Below, piece by piece: positions 54,401 to 64,000 of a DNA stretch of 64,000 nucleotides. How positions within the stretch are numbered: the first letter of the stretch is position 1; the number at the start of each line of letters is the position of its first letter. Below the pieces are notes generated by a model that saw only the letters and a program-made list of their open reading frames with translations, did not search any database and had not been told where the DNA came from. The stretch spans positions 496,001-560,000 of the forward strand of contig JANHCV010000009.1 in the NCBI GenBank assembly GCA_025594325.1, read 5' to 3'. The position numbers were made by a program, and so were the translations under genes. The DNA comes from Blastocladiella emersonii ATCC 22665. Lineage: Eukaryota > Fungi > Blastocladiomycota.

Positions 54401-56110
54401 CTCCCGCCTTGCCCGGCGGCGTTGACGGAGGCCGGCGGCATGGCTACGCGATGCGCGGACGAGAGGGAGTTAGGAACTGGTTCGGGACAGGTGAGGGAGC
54501 GAGTCGAGTAGTACCTCGGTGACCGTCTCAGCGGGCTCTCGGCAGCGCCCGAACGACGATGAAAGGGTAGGGTAGGGAGATGAGCACGCCGGGAAACAAC
54601 GCACCAAAACTGCGAGCTCTTGAGCTTCGAGATCACAACGGCGCCCCACGGCGAGACCGCGGCAGCAGGAACCGCCTTGCTCTTCCGCCTGGCCGAACTC
54701 GGAGCGGCGACTGACTTGCGCGGTGCTGCGGGCGACCGGGGCGATTGCGCGAGCGACCCGTTCGACGCGTTGTTGAGGTTCCGCCGCGATCCAGCACGCC
54801 CGGATCCCGACCCGAGCGGCTTGCCGAGCGTGTACTGCGGGAACCGCGCGTCGCCGAGCGCCGACTGGATGAGGAAAGACGGGCCGAGCGAGGTCGGCGA
54901 CGTCTGCTGGCTTGGCGGCGGCGGGGGTTCGGCGTCGGAGACGACGAGGGTCACGAGCGACGCGAGTTTCGGGCCGCGCAGGGTGCGTTTAGCACCGCCA
55001 GCGATCTCGGCGCGTGCGGGCGGCGCAGCAGCGATGCGCTCGACGCTGCGGCTCTGCGGGGTCGGTGCGAGCGACGAGTGCGAGCTGCCCGTGGTCGCGG
55101 GACGGAACGGGCCGCCCTGCCAGCGCAGTGGGTCGAGGTCGGCGGGGAGGTGGGCGCCGCCGGTTCGGGTTGGTGAGGAAGGGGCGGCCGACGTGGATCC
55201 CGGTCGCGTCGGGACAGGTCTGCCGGACTGGGGACCGAGCGGGCGCGGCGCGGTGGCGGCGTGGAAGTCGGCCGTGGCCTGGTGGAACTCGGCGGCGGTG
55301 CTGCGGTTCAGGCTCGCGTCGAGCTCCTGCGACAGGACCGTCGAGAACTTGGTCAGGTCGACCGTCGAGTTGGCGGCGCGCGCGCGCGTCTGCGGCAGGT
55401 GGAAGCCCTTGGCGAACGAGGCCGCCGTGACTTTGGTCGAGCCCGACTTGTTGAGCGTCCCACCACCACCGTTGTTGCCGGAAAGGTGGAGACTGCTCGA
55501 GTTGACGGACCGGAGCCCCGCGTGCGGGTGCTGCGGCTGCGCGTCGGCGTGGCCGCGGCGCGAGAGTCCGTTGCCGACGTTGGCGTTCCCGCTCTGCGGA
55601 CGGCTCGCGTCGGAAGCAAAGTGCGGGTGCGGCGAGCCGGATCGCGCGAGGCCGTGGCTGTGGCTCAGGGTCGCGGATCCGTGCAGCGAGGCGTTGGCGG
55701 AGGCGGCGAGCGAGGTGGTGCTCGTGTGCGGCAGCGACACGGCGTTGGCGACGAGCGCGAGGATCGAGTCGGTCTGCACGCGCTCTCGGTGTGGGTGCGG
55801 TGAGTCGGGGGTGGCCGCCGAGCTCGAATCTGCATGGATTGTGATGTTGCGGGTCGGGGAGGGTGCCGGAGGCGGCGAAGTCGGTCGCGATGGTGGTGGG
55901 GGACGTCTGTTCGTCGCGTCTCCCGCGTCGGATGGTGTCGCGGCCGCACCAATCACGGTGCCGGCTCGTCGCAGCGGCGTGCCTGGACCATGAGGTGGGC
56001 GGAGCGCCGGGGCGTGGTTAGTGCATCAAGTCGGGATCACTTTGCGGGAAGCGAGGTGGTGCTGGCTTACCTGCAGTCGCTGCTCCGCCTCCTCCGTGGT
56101 GATCTGCCAT
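51497..56110 (-). CDS. PPP1R36: PPP1R36-like protein (PP1 regulatory subunit 36 / PPPI_inhib-like core) in long low-complexity arms; multi-exon
   Basis: Core blocks DEFLADGVRYIQLY, LCLRYCRIL, ERSFYECFY, LEQIF and ARSPLIAQLMP match the PPP1R36 pattern as recalled. Introns 56070-55983, 54083-54029, 53854-53797, 52332-52296; structure at 54444-54604 unresolved. Confidence 0.65.
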
Positions 56111-56398
56111 GGTTTGGTTCATGCAAGTGACGCCGGTCAGTCTCGGCAAGCTCCGGCGCAGTGCTTCATATCAGCTTCAAGTATCGGCAAGTCGGCCCAG
56201 AGCAAGACGCGAGGTGACGCGCGAGACGGGCGGGCCACGCCGTGGCTGCAGCCGGCGCTCTTCGCTCTCCCCTGACCGGCGGCCCTGCCCCTCAGCGCGG
56301 AGCCCCCTCCCCGCTCTCCGCTCGCCCTTTGACCGATCGATCCATGCACGCGTGCCCCCTGCGAGGCACCCATTGAGTCCCTGCAACCTTCACCAACC

Positions 56399-56931
56399 AT
56401 GTCAGCGCGCGAGCTCGGCCCGGCGTCGGACCCGGCGTTCATCCGCGGCGTCGCGCTGCGCGAGTCGCTCGCCGAGGACATTGCCATGGCCCAGGACATG
56501 CTTGAGGAGCTCGACCAGCGCCGCATGGCCAACCGCGAGGCCCTCGGCCACCTGCTGCCGCGCGCGCGGAGCCGGTCGCCGTCGCCGCGCCATGCGATCG
56601 GTGACGGGTCGACTGAGACGAGACGGTCCCCATCACCGACGGCGACGCGCAGCCCGCCGGCCCCCGTCAAGGGCGCGCGGTGCTGGATGAACCTCGGCGA
56701 CCTGTTCATCCGCGTCAACAAGTCGCAGGCCGCCGAGATGCTGGCCAAGGGTGCGCTGGCAACGGACCTGAGTGAGAACATGAACTGACCCATCCCGCAA
56801 CGTTGACAGAGCAAAAGACGCTCGAGCGCGAGGCCCAGGAGACCAAGGAGATGATCAAGGAGCAGATGCAGCGGTTCCACTCGATCGACGAGGACGTGCG
56901 CCGCCGCTCGCAGCAGTTCGAGTTCCGGTAG
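56399..56931 (+). CDS. PDRG1: PDRG1-like prefoldin subunit; intron 56751-56809
   Basis: ELDQRRMANREAL...WMNLGDLFIRV...|EQKTLERE, the beta-prefoldin/PDRG1 pattern. Confidence 0.82.
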
Positions 56932-57093
56932 CGAGCGCTGAGGGACTGAGAGACGAATAAACGGCCTAGCATGTGAACATAGAGGGCGAGTGAGGGTCGA
57001 GGGATGCCGTCGCGGCTCAGCGGGGAGCAAGGCTCGAAAGCCCGCCACAGCGCAAGTCCCGGTCGCCTCTCCCTCACCACGCACCCCACTGCC

Positions 57094-58368
57094 ATGAATC
57101 CACTACCACCGCCGCCGGCGCCGGCGCCCGCCGAGCCCAAGACCCAGCGCAAACTCAACTGGGACACGCCGAGCAGCCGCCTGCTCCTGCAGGCCGTCCT
57201 GGACCTGAACCCGTTTGCCAAGCCCAAGAACCAGATCATGGCGACGTGGCAGGCCGTCGCCGACCAGGTCGCCCCCGCCGACGCCTTCTGCGGCGAGGAA
57301 CCCCCGACCGTCTCGCAGTGCCGCGACCGCGTCAAGCGCCTCATCGCCGCCTACCAGAAGGCCATCGAGTCCGACGCCAAGCGCGACGAGTTCCGCGCCT
57401 CCGTCAACGGCCCGCTCGAAGGGTGGATCGCACGCGTCAGCGACCAGAAGGACGCTGCGAAACCCGCGCCCAAGGCCGGGACTGGGTTTGTCAAGCGCGA
57501 GATCGGTGAGGGCAACGGCGGCGCCGCGGCGGCGCGACAGACCCACGGTGTCCTCGCGGCTCGCACCACGCCGCTCCAGGAGGCGATCCGCTCGTCGTCA
57601 CCCGCTCTCGGCGGGTCCACCACCCTGACGCCGCCGGCTACAGCGCCCGAGTCGGTTGCGGTGGCGGCGGTGCGCGAGGGCAGCGCGGGACCCGCCAGGA
57701 AACTGTACCTCGAGTCGTCGAGCTCCGAGGACGAGGCCTCGTCGTCCGACGACGACGCCGGCGCCGACACGGAGGCAGAGGCGACGCCTGTCCCCGCGCC
57801 GGCCCCCGCCGTCCGCGTCAAGACCGAGGTCGTCGTGCCCGACACCCACGACGAGCTGTCGCCGCCGAGCTCCGGCAAGCGCTCGCACCCCGACGACGCT
57901 GACGACGACAAGGAGGAGGAGGAGGAGGAGGAGGAGGAGGAGGAGGACGAGCTGAGCCCGTCGCACGCTGCGAAACGCGCCAAACCGAACCACCCTGACC
58001 CCGCCGCGCAGTCCCAGTCCCAGTCCCAGTCGGCGCTCGACCTCGTCACCGCGGCGCTCGCAAAACAAGCCGAGCTCGCGGCCCTGCTCGCGGCCAAGCA
58101 CGAGGAGCGCGAGACGCAGGCGGCGGCGCGGCACGCCGACCACGAGGCCCGCATGCTCGACATGTTCACCCGGATGCACGCCACGCACGCCGAGCGCGAC
58201 GAGCGCGTCCACGCCATGCAGGCCGAGCGCGAGGCGCAGCTGCTCCAGCTCCGCACCCGCGAACTCGAGCTGCGCGAGCGCGAGGTCCGCGTGCGGGAGC
58301 GCGAACTTGAGATGCGCGAGCGCGAGTTTGAGGCGCAGAACAAGAAGACGAAGGCGGAGATGTTGTGA
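57094..58368 (+). CDS. Myb/SANT-like (trihelix) DNA-binding protein with acidic linker and C-terminal coiled coil
   Basis: NWDTPSSRLLLQAVL...TWQAVADQV...SQCRDRVKRL; C-terminal ERE...RERELE heptads. Confidence 0.75.
   Translation: MNPLPPPPAPAPAEPKTQRKLNWDTPSSRLLLQAVLDLNPFAKPKNQIMATWQAVADQVAPADAFCGEEPPTVSQCRDRVKRLIAAYQKAIESDAKRDEFRASVNGPLEGWIARVSDQKDAAKPAPKAGTGFVKREIGEGNGGAAAARQTHGVLAARTTPLQEAIRSSSPALGGSTTLTPPATAPESVAVAAVREGSAGPARKLYLESSSSEDEASSSDDDAGADTEAEATPVPAPAPAVRVKTEVVVPDTHDELSPPSSGKRSHPDDADDDKEEEEEEEEEEEDELSPSHAAKRAKPNHPDPAAQSQSQSQSALDLVTAALAKQAELAALLAAKHEERETQAAARHADHEARMLDMFTRMHATHAERDERVHAMQAEREAQLLQLRTRELELREREVRVRERELEMREREFEAQNKKTKAEML
57913..57945. repeat. (GAG)11 microsatellite (poly-Glu)
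   Basis: Pure trinucleotide run. Confidence 0.9.
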
Positions 58369-58598
58369 GGTCGGAGGTGGTTGATAATAGTTGATTTATT
58401 GTGACGCGCTTGGCTCGGTTCCAAGGTGAGCAACGAACTTGGGAGACGCGGTCGATGCGAGCGTTGACAGGTCGCGAAATGAGCGGGTGGCTCAGCAGTT
58501 CGGTGAGAGACTCGTCGTCCCTGCATTCATCCACCACGGCACCTCCTCCTCGTGCCATGAAGACCCGTAGACCCATGAAATAACTCGATGCAAACAAC

Positions 58599-61500
58599 AT
58601 GAACACGCAACCACCCAATGCTACTATGCCGCCGCGGCCCCGCCTCGGGTGTCTGGTCCGGCTCGCTGGCGAGGACGGCAACGTCCCGCTCGACCCCTTC
58701 CGCAGCACCTACGCGGGCGACGTCTTCCTCTACCACGACGCCAGCGAGCCGGGCCGCCACCTCGATGCGCTGCTCTGCGGATTCCATGACCTGCGCGCCG
58801 TCGCGCAGACGATGGCTGATGCCCAGCGCAAGGGCTCGGTCGCCGCCATGAGCTTCTTGCTCAACGATGTCCGTCCCGAGATTGTCGCTCGCTCGCTCTT
58901 GATCATGTATGCTCTTTGCTTCGAGCCCGATGTGAAGCTTGCCTTTGCCGCGCAGCTGTGGTTCTCCGCGCGGCTCGAGCCCGCAGCTCACGAGTTTTGG
59001 ATCAAGCAGATGCACGAGTGCCTTGACCGCGACTGGATTGACCTGGCCTCGCCGATCCGCGTCATGGACGAGGCGACGCTTCTGGCTGTGCGTCGCTGCT
59101 GGCGCGCGTGGATTCAGCACGCTTCCCAGCCCTCGCCCGCCGAGAACGCGACCGCGACTACTACCGCGAGCGTCGATGCTCATGCGCGCGACCACTGCAC
59201 CGCAGCCGTCTTCTGGGGCTACGAGCGCCTCCTGAGCCCGGCCGCCGAAGGCCGGCTGCGCACCGCCATCGACCGCCACCTCGACGAGCAGACGTTCTTC
59301 CTTGGTTTAGACGACAAGCTTGACTGCTCTCCTACCGACTGCCCGACCAACGTCACCTTCCTCGGCATCCGACCCGACGGAACCACCATGCCGCTTGCCG
59401 ACACGCTCCCGTCCCCGCTGACGGGCATCTGCTTCCCCGTCGATGCCGGCGTGAATCTCGAGCGCTTGATGCTCGACCAGGCGCGCGACTGGCTCACCGC
59501 ACTTAACGTCGCCTTCAACCCGGACCGCCCGCCCGGCGAGCCGCGCTACACCCTCACTTTTGTCGCCGACGACGCGGTCCTGCTGCTCGAGCGTCTGGTC
59601 GCCGATCCCGCGCGCCGCATCGACGTGATCGACACGTCGTCGCTCCTCGACACGTGCGGTCTGCTCAACCTCGTGGTCCACGGCGCCGTGACGCTCAAGC
59701 CCAACTCGCGCACCGCCTCTGATCGCTCGATGCTGCGCGCCTTCTCGCGCAAGCTCAGCGAGAGTCAGCTGCCGGTCACGTTGCTTGCCGAGTCGCTGTT
59801 GATCGCTCCTCATCACACTTGTCCGTACCTCTTCGGCGTCGCCCTGCTTGAGGTGCTGGGCCCGGACGAGTGGCAGAGTTCCGTTCGGCTGCTTGCGCAT
59901 CATGACCGCGAGCTCGCCGCGCCGCGCTACCTGTCCCTCACCTTTGCCAAGACGGAAGTTCCCGGCGTGCCCATGACGCTCGACGAATACGGTGCGAGTG
60001 CTTTTCAGAAGGCCCTCCACGACTCGATCAATCGCTACCTTGCAAACCCCCATCCCTGCTTGGACCTTCCAGGTATGCAAACCTCTCAACGAGCTAACCT
60101 GGATGTGCACTAACGTAATCCGTGATATACCGTAGCGTCCGCCCTTCCTACTCTTCTTCACGTACCGATCATGCTCGCGTACGCCCAGGCCGCGGGCCGG
60201 ATCACGGGACTCTCTTCACCCAACTGCTCGACGCTTCCGCTTCCTTTCATCGCCGACGGCATGCTTTCTGCGCTCCGGAACAAGTTTCAGCTCCAGTGGA
60301 CCGAACTTGGCGTCTACGCGCAGCTGTACGGGTTTTCAAAGGATGCGCTCACGAAACCCGCGCGCAGTTTGGCGGTCACTGGTCCCAAGGCCAAGCCGAA
60401 GCCTAGCGGTCCTCCGCTTGGCGCGAAAGCTGCTGCGCCTGCTCACGTCTACCGTCTCGACGCGTCGTTCACGGTTCGATCTGATATCGAGCGCCCGTCC
60501 TTGCACTCGCTGCGGCTCTGCATCAAACGCGGTCCGGGCCTCACGAAGCTTCACGAGTTCTCCTCGCTTCACGCGGTGTACGATTCGAGCAGCAACGTTG
60601 TCACGGTCTCGGTCCATGTCCCGACTGCTTTTGTTGAGGACGGACAGAAGACCGTTCTCTCGCTGCTTGCCAACTGCAGCGACAACGGCAGTGTGCGGAC
60701 TGGAAAGAAGAACGCGCTCGCGTCGGAGCGCATTGCGGACTCGGACCTTGATATCAATGACGCCCAACTTGTGGTGGCGACCAAGGTCGATGTCACCGAG
60801 CTTCACCGTCCGATCCACGGTGCGCTTGATTCTGCCGCCTCGACGCCGCGCCCTCCCATGGTTTGTTCGCTTCCTATCGTCAGCATCATCGAGTCGGGTG
60901 TTCTGAGTTGGAAGGTTGTTCTCGAACTGCCTCGTTCAAACCGAGTACCGGAAATCATTGCCGCGACCGGGTCCACTTTGGCTGGCTGTCGCGGTGCGCT
61001 TGCCTTCTTTGTTGATGGCGTTCTCCAAATGGTGCCCACGGCGCACCCCAGTCGCGTCGGCCGCGTTGAAATCAACAAGAAGCAGCGCCGCATCACAGTT
61101 CATGCAATTGGCGTCGAATCTGGCATCGCGCCCTCGCTTGGCTTCCCGCTGCTGCTTCCCCGCGTCAACACCGAATCATTTCTGCCGCATTCGCCGCTTC
61201 TTTTGAATGTCGCAGGGAGGTCGGTACAAACCATGCACACGTCCGATGATCTCTCACCAGTCAGCGGACGTGTATCAGTTGCCCAGGAACCTCGTCCTGG
61301 GCAGAAACGGTCCTCGTGGCTCGGTACACCTCTCAAGGCGATGTATCGCAAGTTATTTTCGGCTTGTTTGTACGAGGACCAAACCTTCTTCATCCTAACG
61401 AGTTTTCCCTCGCGTTGGGCAATCGCAGCTATCTTCCCGCGTGCGCACCATATCTTTCCGCCGCATGACAAGGGCTCTGCGCTGACGCCAGCGATTGAAG

Positions 61501-61835
61501 CCGATATTCTTGTCATCCCCTCCGAGTTTCGAGAGGCCAAGCACTGGCCCGCGATCAATATCCATGAGAGCGGTCCCGGGGACCTCATGGTCGCAGACTC
61601 TCACCTGGACGCGGTGCGCGAGTACTTGGAGTTGAGCTGCAGCGTACTTACCTCGCCCAGCGCTCCCTCTGCGACTGTTGACGCGACGTACGTCTCTCAG
61701 ATCGAAAACTTGCCTTCCATGTCCAAGCAGATGCTGCTCGCAATACTTGAGGTGAAAGTTCAGCCAAAGCGGGCGCTCATGTTGCCGCTGTTCCCGTGCT
61801 CTGCGCTTGACGTCCGAGTACCCAAGTCAGAGTAA
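58599..61835 (+). CDS. DUF4470-like protein, about 1057 aa; intron 60073-60135
   Basis: LLCGFHDLRAV...FLLNDVRPEIVARSLLI...W resembles the DUF4470 N-terminus (LL.G.GD.R...LND....+ARN+++). The two ORFs are joined in phase by GTATGC...CTAAC...TAG. Confidence 0.65.
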
Positions 61836-62051
61836 CGTTACGACTGTGCTCGATCACGTCACTTGGTTTCTCTACTTTGTTCTATGTAATATATAAATTT
61901 AGTCTTGTATTTCAATGACCACCGCAGTTCTTCTGCCGAGGCCAGGCAAACGTTGCTGCGCTCGCCGCCCTCGAACATGTTCACACATGAATGCCAGCAA
62001 TTCATTCGCTCTCTGGACGGGAGGTAGTGGTGTAAGGCCGGGCGCGGGACA

Positions 62052-62215
62052 GCGCGAGACAGTTTGAGACGCGTCGCGATATCATGTGAGCGGCTTGCGG
62101 CGTGGCTGTGCGCCCTCTACCGTGAGCGACGCCGCCATGTGCAAAGTTGTTTGGGCGGATCGGCGTGAAATCGGGCGCGAGACAGTTTGAGACGCGTCGC
62201 GATATCATGTGAGCG
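62052..62215 (+). repeat. Tandem duplication (123-bp period; 41-bp identical core) of the family B upstream motif
   Basis: GCGCGAGACAGTTTGAGACGCGTCGCGATATCATGTGAGCG at 62052-62092 and 62175-62215. Confidence 0.9.
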
Positions 62216-62334
62216 TCTCGTGGCGTGGCTGAGCGCCGTTCGCCCGCTCTCACGCTTCCTCGAGCGACGCCGCTCTGCACCAGGTGCCCTCCTCCCTGGA
62301 AAAGTCAACCCACCGCTATCGCAACGTAAACTCC

Positions 62335-64000
62335 ATGCAATGTCGTTCAAAGCTGTTCATGTACGAGGTCATTGAGCGGATCTTGTGCTACGCGGTCGAG
62401 TTGCACGACGACCCGGACGACGTCCCCGGCATGCTTCAGTACGCGCGCGTCGCACGTCAACACTTGATTCCGCGAGTTCAGCATCACATCATCTTGCGCT
62501 CTCCAAGCCTGTCGCTCGCGTCAGCAACCAAGCGAGGCAACGTTGCTCTCCTCGAAAAGTGGCGCTCGCTCGGCCTTCCCTTGGCTTGCGACTTGGAAGC
62601 GCTGGGCGAAGCAGTCGATGCCGAGTATTTGACGTGCCTGGAATGGTGGCGCGACTCTGGAGTCCTCGTTCACCAGAAGCTCTCTAAATGGCTCGCGCGA
62701 CGTGGCCGCTCGAATTGGTCCATTGTTTACCTGGCGCTATGTGCTCGCAGACCCGCGCATGTCTCTCCTTCCACTAGCGAGTCAAGCGACCTCGACGACA
62801 GCGATACAAAATCATTCCTACCGGTTGTGGATGCGGAAATCAACAAGCTGTGCCCCGGCATCGCGTCAGGCGACATCAGTGTAATCATGTTGCATCGCCA
62901 ACCGCTCTCGCAGGCTGGTGTTCGCGCCCTCAACCAAGCGATGGCGAGTCCGTCGCAGTGGCTTCAATCGGTCATGATTCATAGTTGCACCCTCGATTTG
63001 CCGCGGCTACATGCGATTCGGTTCTCTCACTCTGTCTCGTCTATCGAATTACAGCGGATCTGGCTGAAAAAAACTATTCGGCCGCGGATGCCGCCCTGGC
63101 CGTTGCCTGGCCTCCAGGCCTCACAACGCTGGCAATCACGGATTCGGACATTTCGGCCGAACTTGTGCCCTGCTTGCTCTCTCAGATTCCTGTGAGCTTG
63201 GAAGAATTTACTGTCGGGCTTAACAAGCTCGACATTCCAACCACCGAAGCTTTTCTAAACGCTCCTCCGCCCAACCTCAAGTCGTTGAGCTTCCATCAAC
63301 ACACTATTGACAGTTCCAGTCTTGCGCGCATCGGACGCCATTTGCCGCCAACTCTCAAGTCTTTCGTAATTGCGAATTACCCACTTGCGAATTTCAACGG
63401 CAGCCAACAGACTTGGCGGTTTCCCGCTTCTCTCACCAACTTGTTGTTCGCTAGCAGCCAATTAGACCTCGACGGGACAAGGGCGCTCGCGCCGGCACTT
63501 TCATCGGGCGCAATCAAGTTCCTTAGCCTGAGCGGAATAGGATTGTCGACCCGTGCCTGGGAGCTGCTTCTTGCCTCCCTGCCCGACACACTCACGTCCC
63601 TCAACATTGCCGAAGAGGATCTCAGCAATGAGTCGGCCGTCGCTAAGATCACGGGTCATCTTCCAGCTCAGCTCAACAGCCTTGAAATCAATTGTGTCAC
63701 GCTCTCGCCTGTTGGCGTCGCTCGTATCTTCTCAAGCCTTCCTCCCTCGCTCCGCACGTTTACGTTTGCGGGCTGACGCCATGCCTCGTCATATATGCAT
63801 GTTCTCGCTCAGCACATTCCGGCTTCGCTCAACAGTCTCTCTCTTACCATCACGCCGCTGACCGATGCGGCAATCAGCTGTCTCGCCACCAGCCTACCCG
63901 CGGCGCTGGAGTGGCTGGTATTGTATGACGACGCGATTTCAAGCGCAGCGGCCATCCAGCTAGCAAAGCAGCTACCCGCAGGCCTCAAGTATCTCAACTT
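62335..64000 (+). pseudogene. Family B copy B6 (inverted, displaced; runs off the window edge)
   Basis: IERILCYAVELHDD...LEWWRDSG plus LRRs. Frameshift at the A7 run (63067-63073); in-frame TGA at 63774-63776 with LRR text continuing after it. Confidence 0.85.

Noticed and set aside
18744-56000. Many long ORFs antisense to or frame-shifted over real genes (e.g. 18744-20078, 26566-27468, 28888-30042, 52194-53516, 54620-55993)
   Set aside because: Arg/Gly/Ala-rich translations with no motifs; expected shadows of extreme GC3 bias, where stop codons are rare in alternative frames.
21592-63776. Recurrent in-frame TGA stops suggesting a recoded genetic code or readthrough
   Set aside because: Several intact genes here terminate at TGA (e.g. 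NAD kinase exon-1 read-through frame, GYP1, Myb/SANT gene), other lesions are TAG or frameshifts, and the TGA codons replace different residues (W, R).
1-64000. rRNA, tRNA or prokaryotic operon/defence features
   Set aside because: No recognisable conserved RNA gene sequence; spliceosomal introns and eukaryotic genes throughout.

Overview
Eukaryotic DNA, not prokaryotic: GC-rich, with short GT-AG introns (mostly 37-90 nt) carrying CTAAC/CTGAC branch sites. Gene content and a cilia-associated PPP1R36-like gene suggest a zoosporic fungus, probably Blastocladiomycota/Allomyces-like (inference). All family assignments come from motifs recognised by eye; no search was run. Two housekeeping blocks (about 18-32.6 kb and 44.6-61.8 kb) hold an NAD kinase, two Ser/Thr-rich GPI-like genes, DUF1640, an Axl2-like gene, UBC13, LCL3, an EGF-like membrane protein, ESF2, GYP1, PPP1R36-like, PDRG1, a Myb/SANT-like gene and a DUF4470-like gene. 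Between them lie two lineage-expanded, decaying arrays of F-box-like genes. Family A has 4 copies (0.1-17.6 kb): F-box-like, a helical domain and a TCGEC Cys/His motif. Family B has 6 copies (32.9-44.4 kb plus an inverted copy at 62.3 kb): F-box-like, ankyrin-like 'EWWRDSG', acidic linker and RNI-like LRR. Only about 3 of the 10 copies look intact. Mobile DNA: a full-length 8.08-kb LINE (APE-RT-RNase H, TAATG ORF overlap, poly(A), exact 15-bp TSD) splitting copy A4; a degenerate Helitron (PIF1 helicase remnant, hairpin + CTAG|T end); and a 295-bp fold-back MITE. Strongest candidates for new biology: the birth-and-death F-box/LRR arrays with a shared palindromic promoter motif and a dual out-of-frame ATGCAATG start, and an intron-like insertion with a recursive AG|GT architecture in A4.
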